A DNA stretch of 64,000 nucleotides from an uncultured delta proteobacterium (GTDB lineage Bacteria; Desulfobacterota; Syntrophia; Syntrophales; UBA2185), in contig CAVOID010000009.1 in NCBI GenBank assembly GCA_963695875.1, forward strand, positions 187,568 through 251,567. Direction: 5' to 3'. The translations under genes and the position numbers were made by a program. The notes beneath the pieces are model-generated. The model was given only the letters and a program-made list of their open reading frames with translations, searched no databases and was not told the origin of the DNA. Shown one piece after another: positions 9,959 to 20,062 of the stretch (its first letter is position 1; each line of letters opens with the position of its first letter).

Positions 9959-10833
9959 TGCTCAATAGGAAGTCGGATAAAATGATCAATAGATGCACAA
10001 CAAAAGTCTTATGTGTCATTCTGCTCTCCATTGTATTGCTTACACCGGTGAGTGCAGAAGAAAAGAACTACCAGAATAATGCCTCGATGCAGGTTCCAAT
10101 TCTTTTGTACCATCGTTTCGGTCCGGTGGCTGCTGATGTCATGACCGTAACGACGCCGGTCTTTATGTCCCACCTCGAATACCTGAGGGCCAACGGCTAT
10201 TCGGTAATACCCCTAAGGCAGCTTGTTGACTATTATCTTGGAAAGGGCCCGCCTCCCCCGCCCAGGTCCGTCGTTATTACCGCCGATGATGGGCATAAAT
10301 CGGTCTATACCGACATGCTCCCGCTGGTAAAGAAATACCACATCCCGGTAACCATATTCATTTATCCATCTGCGATATCAAATGCTTCCTATGCCATGAC
10401 ATGGGATCAGATCAGAGAACTCAAAAAAACCGGCTTCTTCGACATTCAGTCCCACACATACTGGCACCCCAACTTCAAGAAAGAACGTGAGAGATTGAGC
10501 GCCTCAGCATACGAGAAATTCGTCGACATGCAGATGAGGAAGTCAAGAGCAAAGCTGGAGAAGGAATTTGACACTAAAATAGACATGCTTGCATGGCCTT
10601 TCGGCATTCATGATGATTTTCTTATCACAAAAGCCTCAGAAGCAGGATATGTGGGCACTTTTACTATTGATGGCCACAGTGCCAATGCTACCGATAAAGC
10701 AATGAAACTCCCCCGCCATTTATTGACAAATGCCAACAGGGGCAAGGCATTTGAATGGATATTTACAAATCCATCATATCAAAAGATGTTGTTAAGTAAG
10801 ATGACATCTGGAAACAAGGGTAAAAAGGAATGA
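9958..10833 (+). CDS. Polysaccharide deacetylase (NodB/PgaB-like)
   Basis: VPILLYHRF, ITADDG, IQSHTYWH, AWPFG; signal peptide. Confidence 0.9.
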   Translation: MLNRKSDKMINRCTTKVLCVILLSIVLLTPVSAEEKNYQNNASMQVPILLYHRFGPVAADVMTVTTPVFMSHLEYLRANGYSVIPLRQLVDYYLGKGPPPPPRSVVITADDGHKSVYTDMLPLVKKYHIPVTIFIYPSAISNASYAMTWDQIRELKKTGFFDIQSHTYWHPNFKKERERLSASAYEKFVDMQMRKSRAKLEKEFDTKIDMLAWPFGIHDDFLITKASEAGYVGTFTIDGHSANATDKAMKLPRHLLTNANRGKAFEWIFTNPSYQKMLLSKMTSGNKGKKE

Positions 10834-12162
10834 AAAGAGACAAAATAGTATTTATTGTTATACTCCTGGCAGCAGCATTCTCAATGCTGGCCTTTTACAG
10901 TAACGACCGTGTTCATTCCGGCGATAATGGTCGACCATAGTGATCAAGTTTTATCAAGTGGAAGAGTGCTTGATGCAGTTACAAACATACCGCTTAAGGG
11001 TGCCATAGTAACGCTCAACGGCAGTGAGGTGGTGGAGACTGATGAAAACGGCCTCTTCACCGTAATGTCTTCAGTGCATAAGATTGCGGCACGAGCACAC
11101 GGATATACAAGAGCAGAACTGGAGATCATCGCCCAACCAAAAATGTCACCGGTTGAGATGCGATTAAACCCATTCAAGCCAAAGGCCCTCTATCTCACGG
11201 TTTATGGCATCGGAGACAGGACACTCCGGAACTCGGCACTGAAGTTTATCAACGAAACCGAGCTGAATTCACTGGTCATTGATATGAAAGGGGACAGGGG
11301 TATTATTCCATATAAGAGTTCACTCCCTCTCGCCTCTCAGATAGGCGCCCAGCGGGTGATAACATTGAGAGATATAAACGGCACGATGCAATCCCTGAAA
11401 GAGAAAGGGATTTACACAATTGCCAGGATCGTCGTCTTCAAGGACAATCTTCTCGGCACAGCACGGCCTGATTTGACCGTAAAGACCCGTGACGGTAATA
11501 TATGGAAAGACCGAGAAGGACTTATCTGGGTGGACCCCTCCAGAAAAGAGGTCTGGGACTATAATATTGACATTGCGATAGAGGCTGCCAAAAATGGCTT
11601 TGACGAGATCCAGTTTGACTATGTCAGGTTTCCAGATCACAAAGGACTTACATTCGGTATAACAAATACAGAAGAAAACAGGGTAAAAAGTATTTCTGGG
11701 TTCCTTATGGAGGCGAAAAGGAGGCTTGCGCCGTATAACGTCTTCATTTCCGCGGACATCTTCGGGTATGTAGCATGGAATCTCGATGATACGCAAATAG
11801 GTCAAACAATCGACAATCTTGCACCCCACATTGATTATATATCCCTTATGCTCTATCCTTCTGGATTCCGTTTCGGAATACCCGGATACAGGAATCCTGT
11901 AGCGAACTCCAACAAAATTGTATTCCTCTCGCTTAAAAAGGCTGAAGAACGTACCAATCTTCCGACTGTCCGCTTCAGGCCCTGGCTGCAGGCATTCAAG
12001 GATTATGCCTTTGACAGGAGGCAATTCACCGGTGTAGAAATAAGAGAACAGATAAAGGCAGTTGAGGATTTCGGCTCTAATGGCTGGATGCTCTGGAACC
12101 CCAGAAATATCTATAGTTCTGACGGGCTGCATAAGAAGGCCGTATTAATGAGCAATTCTTAA
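10830..12162 (+). CDS. Putative glycoside hydrolase (DUF4015) with N-terminal carboxypeptidase-regulatory-like domain; apparent frameshift near 10937
   Basis: ATGA-coupled start gives signal peptide MKRDKIVFIVILLAAAF in another frame; body has VIDMKGD, IARIVVFKD, FDEIQFDYVRFP, RPWLQAF. Confidence 0.8.
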
Positions 12163-12190
12163 CACGGAAACGACGCTCAGAACGGGCTTA

Positions 12191-12565
12191 TTATTTCGTG
12201 ATGCTTTGGATGTTTTTCTTCCCTTCTTCAATGTCAGCTTCTACATTCTTTTTAGCTTCTTCGGATTTTTTCTTTATCTCTCTTCCTGCTTTCTTCAACT
12301 CCTCCGGCATTTTCTTAAATTCTTCCTTCGTTTCCTTTACCCCCTGTTGAACTTCCTCTTTAATTTCCTGAGTCTTACCGGCAATTACAAAGTCAGTCAT
12401 GACATAAAATGAAGTGAAGATAATCAGTGAAAAATAAAATAGCATCCTTGAAAGAACCAGACCTACTTTACAGCATTTCCCGAATTCATCAATTGAATCA
12501 TTTTGTTGATCCAATGCCGTAACCTCATTGGTCAGGAATCGAGAACATCTATCGACTATTCTCAT
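12191..12565 (-). CDS. Hypothetical membrane-anchored protein with Lys/Glu-rich helical repeats
   Basis: RBS AGGAG; one TM segment followed by K/E-rich amphipathic repeats. Confidence 0.55.
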   Translation of the reverse strand: MRIVDRCSRFLTNEVTALDQQNDSIDEFGKCCKVGLVLSRMLFYFSLIIFTSFYVMTDFVIAGKTQEIKEEVQQGVKETKEEFKKMPEELKKAGREIKKKSEEAKKNVEADIEEGKKNIQSITK

Positions 12566-12762
12566 CGTCTAATCTCCTTTCATTACAATACGAAGGTTGT
12601 TATGGAGACACCACTGCAGTTATACAGGTTTTTCTAACTTGGCATGGCGTTTCATAAATACCATATTACGATAGCACAAAAAGCGATTTATTCAAATGAG
12701 AGTGTTTGATATTGTGAGTGATATCTGGACAAAAGCATGCAATATTTCTCCACATAAAGGGC

Positions 12763-12791
12763 TTGACATGAAGGCCTATTCTCATTAAATT
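12763..12791 (+). promoter_or_regulatory. Candidate sigma70 promoter for menA
   Basis: TTGACA-N17-TAAATT. Confidence 0.45.
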
Positions 12792-12809
12792 GCGCGTCGA
12801 CCGATTGAA

Positions 12810-12922
12810 TCCGGCAGCGAGCACATTCCCCGTAGCTTGCTGCGGGGTAAGCGAGCGAATGGGGAACATTATTATTCCTTGTGGATCGGAGATTCTCCGC
12901 AGTTTACTGCGGAGAGTTTCAA
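12810..12922 (+). mobile_element. PATE-like IS200/IS605 derivative, copy 2 (113 bp)
   Basis: TGAA at 12806-12809; CATT + hairpin CCCCGTAGCttGCTGCGGGG; GATT + hairpin CTCCGCAGtttaCTGCGGAG; ends TCAA. Confidence 0.82.
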
Positions 12923-12948
12923 TAAAAAAAAGAATTGGCAATACTCGA

Positions 12949-13845
12949 ATGCTCAATCACATCAAGAAGTATGTTATCGCAACCCGTCCCTGGTCATTCA
13001 CGATGTCCTTCATTTCTGTTTCCACTGGAACACTTCTGGCGGCTGAAGAAGGACCTGTATCCTGGTTCTGGTTCGCCATCACCGCCGTTGGCATTATTCT
13101 TTTCCACGCCGCAGCCAATCTGATCAACGATTATTTTGATACACTCTATGAAATTGATCAGCGGGACTCGCCCACTGCGAAATACCGTCTCCAGCCGATC
13201 CTTTCGGGAATGCTCACACCGCGCCAACTCTTAGCCGAAACCTTCGTCCTCTTATCCATTACTATTGCAATCGGCATGACTGTAGCCATGATCCGTTCCT
13301 GGCATGTCTTGTGGATCGGGATCATCGGACTCTTAACAAGCATCTTCTACACGGCAGGTCCTGTCAAGTTCAAGTACCGTGCCTTCGGTGAGTTTGCCGT
13401 ATTCATGATGTGGGGCCCTCTCATGATTGAAGGAGCTTACGCAGTGCAGTGTCAGGCCCTTTCCATCAAGGCATTCTATATTTCGGTTCCCTTCGGCGTC
13501 CTCGTCGCCCTTGTTCTCTTCGCAAACAACATGCGGGACATCGACTATGATTCACGCCATAATGTAAAAACGGTGAGCATCATGCTGGGAAGCCGCAAGA
13601 GCTACATCCTTTTTACAGGACTCATCGTGCTGGCGTACGCCTACGTCCTTGGCATGATCCTCACGGGAATCATGAGCCTCTGGGGACTGCTGATCTTTCT
13701 GTCTTTTCCTAAAGCGGTAAGCCTTTTGAAAACATTCAAGAAGGGTATCCCCGATATGGCCGATGCGCTGACGGCCCAGTTTGACACTGTTTTTGGGGTT
13801 TTTCTTATCCTGGCTATTTTCCTCGAGACAAAGATTATTCTGTAA
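12949..13845 (+). CDS. menA: 1,4-dihydroxy-2-naphthoate prenyltransferase (UbiA family)
   Basis: ATRPWS, NLINDYFD, YTAGP.KY..GE, ANNMRDIDYD; multiple TM segments. Confidence 0.82.
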   Translation: MLNHIKKYVIATRPWSFTMSFISVSTGTLLAAEEGPVSWFWFAITAVGIILFHAAANLINDYFDTLYEIDQRDSPTAKYRLQPILSGMLTPRQLLAETFVLLSITIAIGMTVAMIRSWHVLWIGIIGLLTSIFYTAGPVKFKYRAFGEFAVFMMWGPLMIEGAYAVQCQALSIKAFYISVPFGVLVALVLFANNMRDIDYDSRHNVKTVSIMLGSRKSYILFTGLIVLAYAYVLGMILTGIMSLWGLLIFLSFPKAVSLLKTFKKGIPDMADALTAQFDTVFGVFLILAIFLETKIIL

Positions 13846-13944
13846 TCTTAGCTCCGGCATTCCAGCACCTGTCATCAACGTAAACGCGAATATCTACGAA
13901 TAGTAGCATGGGGATTGTTTAAAACATGTTTGGGGAAACCATTT

Positions 13945-14247
13945 ATGGGCAATAATTTGGAAAGCGAAATTAAGACGGTTCACATAATGGTAGAGATGTT
14001 TTGCAAACATCATCATTATAGAGGTGGACTCTGTGAAGACTGCCAAAAGTTATCCGATTATGCTGAAAACAGGATAAGAAAATGTACCTTCGGCGTTAAT
14101 AAACCTGTTTGTTCTGAATGCAAGATTCACTGTTTCAAGCCGGAAATGCGATCTCAAATAAAAGAGGTGATGCGATTTGCAGGACCGAGGATGAATTTCA
14201 AGCATCCTGTGCTTGCGATACATCATCTTATTCGTAAGTGCAGATGA
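13945..14247 (+). CDS. YgbA family (nitrous oxide-stimulated promoter family) protein
   Basis: MFC..HH...LCEDC..L.DYA..R...C.FG..KP.C..C.IHC..P.MR..I.EVMRFAGPRM. Confidence 0.88.
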   Translation: MGNNLESEIKTVHIMVEMFCKHHHYRGGLCEDCQKLSDYAENRIRKCTFGVNKPVCSECKIHCFKPEMRSQIKEVMRFAGPRMNFKHPVLAIHHLIRKCR

Positions 14248-14380
14248 ATGTTACCCCTTTCCTGCTAAGGAAAACCCTTGCACTCCCAAACCATTCCCAG
14301 CAACGGGGCTGCTATTATAACATGTCAATTACCGACGGTAATGATAGTCGACGTGAAGTATGGTGTCCCGAAATTCTTGC

Positions 14381-15178
14381 TTATTTAAGAATCCGCTCCA
14401 GTTCTTCCTGATAGAGTGTAAAGTCGCTCAAATCGTTGTGTCCACCACCCGGTATTTTAATCAACCTGCTTTCTGTTCTGATCAGTTTAAGGAGCCGCTC
14501 ACTTGAGCTATAGGGAACAATGTCATCTGTTGTACCATGAAACAGGTAAACAGGACAGGCTACACTAGAAATCCACATGTCCGTGCGCATCGGATATTTA
14601 AGTCCTAAATCAAGGAGAATGCCCGGTATAAATGGATAGTGATATGCCGCAATATCTCTCATACTGAGAAATGCCGACTCCAGGACAATCATGTGCGGTC
14701 TGGCCGTCTGTGCCAGATGGACTGCAATTCCAGTCCCGAGTGATCTGCCATAGAGGATAATCTGATTTTCAGGATAGTGTTCCTTCAAATAGTTGTAAGC
14801 GACTGCCGCATCACGGTGCAGCATTTCCTCATTTCTTATTTTTCCTGTACTTTTACCATACCCTCTATAATCCGGTATGAGAACATCATAACCCCGCCTG
14901 GTAAAATCGGCGGCAATATCCCCCCAGCCGCTAAGGTTACCCGCATTGCCGTGAAAGTAGAGAATGACTCCCTTGGGATTCTCTGTTTTGAAGTGAAGCG
15001 CGTTGATCGCAGCGCCATCCACAGGCAGAGTCAGCTCGTCGAAGCGGGTGGGAAAACTATATTTGAAATCAGACGGGAGGACTGATGGATAAAAAATCAT
15101 GCCTTCCTGCGTGAAATAAAAGAAACCGCAGCCGAAAGCAGAACTTACTATAATCGCCAATATAATTTTAAAAAGCAT
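14381..15178 (-). CDS. Alpha/beta hydrolase
   Basis: YFHGNAG, DYRGYG, GRSLG nucleophile elbow, HGTTDDIVP, GGHN. Confidence 0.9.
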   Translation of the reverse strand: MLFKIILAIIVSSAFGCGFFYFTQEGMIFYPSVLPSDFKYSFPTRFDELTLPVDGAAINALHFKTENPKGVILYFHGNAGNLSGWGDIAADFTRRGYDVLIPDYRGYGKSTGKIRNEEMLHRDAAVAYNYLKEHYPENQIILYGRSLGTGIAVHLAQTARPHMIVLESAFLSMRDIAAYHYPFIPGILLDLGLKYPMRTDMWISSVACPVYLFHGTTDDIVPYSSSERLLKLIRTESRLIKIPGGGHNDLSDFTLYQEELERILK

Positions 15179-15450
15179 CTTCTATAAAACTCCTTAAAGG
15201 AGATGATATCACGGAGTTCCTCCTCGGCAGGAGATGGAAACCCGCGGCAATCTCTCCAACTAAACTACAATATAGAACTAGCGTTCTACTGTCAAGGAAA
15301 AGTTTATACGATAATCGCATAGCCTCCATTAGCATCAATATGACAAGCACTAACAATTATGGTAGACTCGATGAAAAACAAGGATTCGCACCTGTTAAAT
15401 GATCTCACTATAGTTGCCTTTGTGTATGATACTCTTTTTACATATTTTCT

Positions 15451-16677
15451 ATGAAATATCTTGACAAACGTGCAGTAGTTAGGCCGATTCTAGGGCAGTT
15501 TGACCGCAACCGGAGCTACCATCAGGCAGTTATCATCCCGGCACTGGCGGAAGCAGACCACCTTCCATTGACGATACAATCTTTGTACAACAATGTTCCT
15601 AAAGGCATTCTGGACGAAACCCTTGTTCTGGTAGTCATAAATAATCGGCCTATGGAGGTAAGTGCGAAGATTAATCAGCCTGAACTTAAGGAATGGATTG
15701 AGAATAACGCACTAACTTTAAAGTGGCTGGAAGGTCAAAGCCGGGATGTTCCGTATCCGCTCGCCTGGGTGGATGCATCTTCCCCTGGAAATGAACTTCC
15801 TCCCCGGGGAGGCGTTGGGCTTGCCCGGAAAATCGGGTGCGACAGTGTTCTTGCTTTTTTATTGGGGCTGAGCAAGCCGATTATCCTGCGAGATTTCATC
15901 TTCTTCAGCCTTGATGCAGATACTCTCGTATCACCGGACTACATAAAAAATGCGGGACATGAGTTCCGCAAGAGCCAGCGTGTAGGCGGAACCATTCCTT
16001 TCAAACATCAGCGGGCAGACTCCTCTGCGAATCAGGCTGCCATCGATGCCTACGAAGCATTTTTGCATTATTATGTCGCCGGTCTGCGCTGGGCAGGTTC
16101 GCCATATGCCTTCCACACCATAGGTTCCTGTCTCTGCTTCACCGCAGACGGTTACATCCGCGCCGGCGGTTTTCCAGCCCGCAGGCAGGCAGGAGAAGAC
16201 TTTTACTTCTGCATGGAGCTTGCGAAAACAGGAGGCATTTGTGAAATAAAGAATACCATGGTCTATCCCTCCGCACGTATTTCTCACCGTGTGCCTTTCG
16301 GCACTGGCAGGAGTATGGCTGAAGCAGCGCTGAATGGTAAGAAAGATTTCCCGGTTTATGATTTCCGGGTGTTCGTCTGTTTACGTGAACTCCTTACGGC
16401 AGTTTCCACCAATGCTGACAGCGGAATCGACCGGATCTTCGCCGACCTGAAGAATCCCGTAACAAGAGAATTTTTGGAAAGTCGCGGATTCTCCGCCATA
16501 TGGGATAGATTCCAACGGCAATACAAGACCAGGGCGTCCTTGCTTAACGCTTTTCATCGCTGGTTCGATGGATTTGTCACTCTCAAGTATATCCACTTGT
16601 TGACGGAAAAAGTATGGCCCCGGCAGTCTCTCAAAGACATTCCCGAGGCCAATATTTTCCGGGACAACATTGCATAA
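15451..16677 (+). CDS. Glycosyltransferase family 2-like protein
   Basis: VIIPALAE, GVGLARKIG, LDADT, AGEDFYF, RVPFGTG. Confidence 0.75.
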   Translation: MKYLDKRAVVRPILGQFDRNRSYHQAVIIPALAEADHLPLTIQSLYNNVPKGILDETLVLVVINNRPMEVSAKINQPELKEWIENNALTLKWLEGQSRDVPYPLAWVDASSPGNELPPRGGVGLARKIGCDSVLAFLLGLSKPIILRDFIFFSLDADTLVSPDYIKNAGHEFRKSQRVGGTIPFKHQRADSSANQAAIDAYEAFLHYYVAGLRWAGSPYAFHTIGSCLCFTADGYIRAGGFPARRQAGEDFYFCMELAKTGGICEIKNTMVYPSARISHRVPFGTGRSMAEAALNGKKDFPVYDFRVFVCLRELLTAVSTNADSGIDRIFADLKNPVTREFLESRGFSAIWDRFQRQYKTRASLLNAFHRWFDGFVTLKYIHLLTEKVWPRQSLKDIPEANIFRDNIA

Positions 16678-16852
16678 CTCGAATTGATGCCTTGGCAGAA
16701 GGTGAAATTTTGTGCAAATTCAGAGATTCATCGCAAGGCGAGGAATCAGGCTCCCGATGAAGCCAAAACGGCAGGAGCCTTGCCCCTGCGAAGGCATTGG
16801 GGACTTTTTTACAATAAGGTTTATGCCTGCCGTACCGGCAGGTCGCAAATCA

Positions 16853-17182
16853 TCAGCCCTGATATATCCCGGGTATTATACCGGTTAGTTCGACATCGAT
16901 ACTATGCTCCGCAAGTGCTTTAAGAATGTCTTGCAGGCCGCATAGCCGGTCAGGAACCACTTCCACTGCAACGGACGATTGTCTTACCATGAAGCCCTTT
17001 TCCCTAAGCACACTTGCAGCCGTATCAATATCACTCACCATCAGCCGGAGAATGCCGATATCCGAGGTATACGCAAGGGGTAAAATCCTCATGTTAATAT
17101 TCGCATCATCGTGTATCCACGAGCCATTCACAATCCCGTTCTTTTTATTCTCGATGAATATGGGTATATATTCTACGTCCAT
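16853..17182 (-). pseudogene. Degenerate ACT-domain protein
   Basis: IFIENK, INMR, GILRLMVSD, AVEVVPD...DIL..L....I resemble tandem-ACT proteins but are eroded and truncated. Confidence 0.6.
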
Positions 17183-17215
17183 GCTCCTGCTTCCTTTTTA
17201 AAGACTTTGTCACAA

Positions 17216-17312
17216 TGTCACTGCGCGGGAGTGCAGCGATTGAACCCCTGTCCCGCCCATAGCGAGGGAACTCTTGAGATTGCCACGTTACCTCCGGTCA
17301 TTCGCAATTACA
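17216..17312. repeat. Degenerate GTCAT(T)GCGAG...CTCGCAATGAC-type palindromic intergenic element
   Basis: TGTCACTGCG...GAGATTGCCACG...TTCGCAATTACA; related to 22804 and 27697. Confidence 0.55.
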
Positions 17313-17326
17313 GGATAAAGTCAGCA

Positions 17327-17824
17327 TCAATCACTCCGCCTGAACATCTTACCTTTAGTTCCGCACACGGGACATACATCGGGAGCTTCCTTCTCCGCCG
17401 TCAAACCGCAGACCGGACAGATATAATAGGGATAGTTCTCCTGTGGGTTCGCCAGGCCATCCAAAAGCTTCTGATAAAGCTGGGCGTGAATTTTCTCTAC
17501 CTCGTTGGCATAGCTGAATGATCTTTCCCCCACTTTATTCCCTTCGGCCTTAGCTGCTTCGATCATTTCGGGATACATTTTCTTAAACTCATGGGTCTCA
17601 CCGGCAATGGCCTCAAGAAGGTTTTCCCTTGTGCTTCTGATTCCTTTGAGGGCCCGTAAATGGTTATGCGCGTGTACGGTTTCAGCCTCTGCTGCAGCCC
17701 GGAAGAGACGGGCAATCTGGGGATAGCCCTCCTGATCGGCCGTGGCTGCAAAGGCCAAATACCTGCGGTTTGCCTGTGATTCTCCTGCAAATGCTTCTTT
17801 CAAAAACTGCTCCGTCTTTGACAT
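17327..17824 (-). CDS. rbr: Rubrerythrin
   Basis: AFAGESQA, ETVHA, ETHE, EKIH di-iron motifs; rubredoxin CPVCG...CPVCG. Confidence 0.95.
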   Translation of the reverse strand: MSKTEQFLKEAFAGESQANRRYLAFAATADQEGYPQIARLFRAAAEAETVHAHNHLRALKGIRSTRENLLEAIAGETHEFKKMYPEMIEAAKAEGNKVGERSFSYANEVEKIHAQLYQKLLDGLANPQENYPYYICPVCGLTAEKEAPDVCPVCGTKGKMFRRSD

Positions 17825-17848
17825 AGTTCAACTCCTCCTACATATTTA

Positions 17849-17960
17849 TTGAAGCTCTCCGCAGTAACTGCGGAGAATCTTCGATCCACAAGGAATAATA
17901 ATGTTCCCCATTCACTCGCTTACCCCACAGCAAGCGAAGGTGTTTGCGCTCGCTGCCGGC
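17849..17960 (-). mobile_element. PATE-like IS200/IS605 derivative, copy 3 (112 bp)
   Basis: Same sequence family, left hairpin partly decayed; TGAA target 17961-17964 contains the perR stop codon. Confidence 0.78.
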
Positions 17961-17961
17961 T

Positions 17962-18366
17962 TCAAGTATGTTTTCCCTTTTTGCACTTCGGGCAAATTCC
18001 ATAGAAATCGACATGGTTTCCAATTATCTCGTAATCACAGCTTTCGCCTTCCTGCAAATCGAGCAAGAAATTACGATGAACGTCAATAATTGCTTTACAA
18101 TTAACACATATCAAGTGGTGATGAGGTTTCACATTTGGATCAAAGCGTTTCTTCCCGGTATCAATGGAAAGCTCAAGAACCTGACCTTTTGCTCTCAACT
18201 TTTCCATAGTGTTATATACCGTCGCGAAAGACATCATCGGGTATTTTTTAGATACCACCTTGTATATGTCAGCCGCTGACGGATGAGATTTATTCCCCTC
18301 CAGGTATTCAAGAATTGCAAGCCTCTGCGGGGTCAGTTTTATAGAGTTTTTCTTTTTTTTAAACAT
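17962..18366 (-). CDS. perR: Fur-family peroxide stress regulator
   Basis: LTPQRLAIL, HPSA, ATVYN, RFD, HHHLICxxC..IIDV, CxxC; directly upstream of rbr. Confidence 0.82.
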   Translation of the reverse strand: MFKKKKNSIKLTPQRLAILEYLEGNKSHPSAADIYKVVSKKYPMMSFATVYNTMEKLRAKGQVLELSIDTGKKRFDPNVKPHHHLICVNCKAIIDVHRNFLLDLQEGESCDYEIIGNHVDFYGICPKCKKGKHT

Positions 18367-18374
18367 TATATGCA

Positions 18375-18425
18375 AGAATGATTTTCATTTTAGAATTATT
18401 ATAATCTAATAATTATTATCGTCAA
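18375..18425 (-). promoter_or_regulatory. perR promoter with overlapping Per-box and Fur-like box
   Basis: Minus strand TTGACG-N16-TATAAT; TTAGAATTATTATAA (18390-18404) is one mismatch from TTATAATnATTATAA; AATGATTTTCATT adjacent. Confidence 0.65.
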
Positions 18426-18522
18426 GCTTTTTTAAAGACTTTTTTGATCGACACCATAAAACGCTCAACAATCCATCACATTTGCTTCTCATGTAAGCTT
18501 ATTTCTCTTCTTTTCGTTTCTC

Positions 18523-19853
18523 TGTTGTCAACAAATAGAATTGTCCTATTTTGTAGCAAATGAATTGTCCACTTTTGTGATACTATGGGAAGGGCGGTGG
18601 ACTTACGCTGCCTTTCCTTTTTTTGTTTCTTTAAACTTGCCGCGTTGATCGTAAGCGGCCAATTTGCGAGGGCCATGAAAAACAGCGAGTGATCCATCCA
18701 TATAGCGATGGACCCTTACCTTGACACGTACATAATGACAACGGTACTTGTCAGGGGGGATCTGCAAAGTCTTTCCCTCAAAGCTGACACAGTTATCCGA
18801 GGACACGGTACGCTCGTATTGTTCGCATAGGACGTCATCGATGTCTTTTCCTATCCATGTGACGAAGGCTGATCCTTCCTCTGCGGCTGGCTGCATGAAC
18901 TCGGCATTGAATGTCGGCAGATAAGTCTTAAGCAGATAACGGTTGGCGGCATCCATCATGGTGATTCCATAAGCGGCCAGTTCCTTGGTGAGCCGGTCCT
19001 GATGTGTGCGAAAAGCCCTTTCAATCCTCCCCCGTGCCTCCGGAGAATAGGCGGGGATCATCTCTATCCCCAAATGCCTCATGGCACGTCCAAATTGCGT
19101 CAGTTGGGTTTTACTTACCTTACCTCCCTCATCAGGCGTATACCAGTAATGACTCCCGCGGTCGGTATAAAGAGAGCTGAATAAACCATGCTTAAGAATT
19201 ATCTCCTTCACCCCTCGAAAACTGCTCTCCGTTCCTTCCTCGTGGACAAAAAACATCGAATAATGCTCATTAGTTGCATCGTCCATGGTTACAATCAGGT
19301 CCCACTTCTTCCCTGGCACCCATTCATGAGTGCTTCCATCCTGATGTAACATCATGCCTGGTATAGGAGATCGTTCCCGTCGTTTACGATGCGCTCCCCG
19401 CTTAGGCGCCTTGGGAACCAATCCTTGCGACTGGAGGGTGCTCTTTACCCACGTGTAACTCCTTTGACCACCATCGTGTTTATACCACCCATAAAAATGC
19501 TTTACGTTCCAACCCAGGTGCCGCCTCTTGTATCTGTCAACAAGCGCTATAACTTCATCCACGGAAGCACGACGGGAAGATATCTGCGTCAGACGCTTAT
19601 CCAACAGTCCTTCCAATCCATTCTCCTCGTAACGATTAATGTAGCGCCGAAACGTCCTGGAACATACTCCCAATAGCCTGGCTGCTTCTTCCTGGGTCAA
19701 TCGACTCTCTGTCCATCCCTCATATGACTCCTCAAATCGCATCTTCCGGATCTCCTGCATCAACTCTGTCCGTCTCATCTGTCACCTCCAGGATGACTCT
19801 TAAACCGGACAGATTATGTGCTACAACTCCGGACAGTTTATTTGCTTCTAACA
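18523..19853 (-). mobile_element. IS1202-family (ISNCY) insertion sequence with a 15-16 bp target duplication
   Basis: TGT...ACA ends with imperfect IRs and internal TGTCC repeats; flanks TTCTTTTCGTTTCTC (18508-18522) and TTCTTTTTCGTTTCTC (19854-19869). Confidence 0.85.
18603..19778 (-). CDS. ISNCY/IS1202-family DDE transposase
   Basis: N-terminal HTH TQEEAARLLGVCSRTFRR; LHQDGS, DDAT, YTDRGS, SPEARGRIER..T.QDRL. Confidence 0.92.
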   Translation of the reverse strand: MRRTELMQEIRKMRFEESYEGWTESRLTQEEAARLLGVCSRTFRRYINRYEENGLEGLLDKRLTQISSRRASVDEVIALVDRYKRRHLGWNVKHFYGWYKHDGGQRSYTWVKSTLQSQGLVPKAPKRGAHRKRRERSPIPGMMLHQDGSTHEWVPGKKWDLIVTMDDATNEHYSMFFVHEEGTESSFRGVKEIILKHGLFSSLYTDRGSHYWYTPDEGGKVSKTQLTQFGRAMRHLGIEMIPAYSPEARGRIERAFRTHQDRLTKELAAYGITMMDAANRYLLKTYLPTFNAEFMQPAAEEGSAFVTWIGKDIDDVLCEQYERTVSSDNCVSFEGKTLQIPPDKYRCHYVRVKVRVHRYMDGSLAVFHGPRKLAAYDQRGKFKETKKGKAA

Positions 19854-19869
19854 TTCTTTTTCGTTTCTC

Positions 19870-19898
19870 TTGACAGCCATTGCAGAAACACGTATATT
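19870..19898 (+). promoter_or_regulatory. Sigma70 promoter of the aor operon
   Basis: TTGACA-N17-TATATT starting immediately after the IS target duplication. Confidence 0.65.
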
Positions 19899-20062
19899 AA
19901 ATTTAACATAGGTCCATTCTTCCATATGCAATTCCATTTTTCACGCTCTCATTATTTGAATCATGGCAGTCATTAGCTTCTTACGTTTATCTAAATGTGA
20001 CAGGATTCAGCATCGAAGGCTTTTGAATCCTCGACCAATCCCACCGTGAAAGGAGGACATTT

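Noticed and set aside
12640..12655. Sigma54 promoter TGGCATGGCGTTTCAT
   Set aside because: Lacks the invariant GC at -12
12790..12948. N-terminal extension of MenA and the short ORFs at 3597, 12666, 12837, 17838, 17901 and 30619
   Set aside because: They are translations of the repeat element, not independent genes
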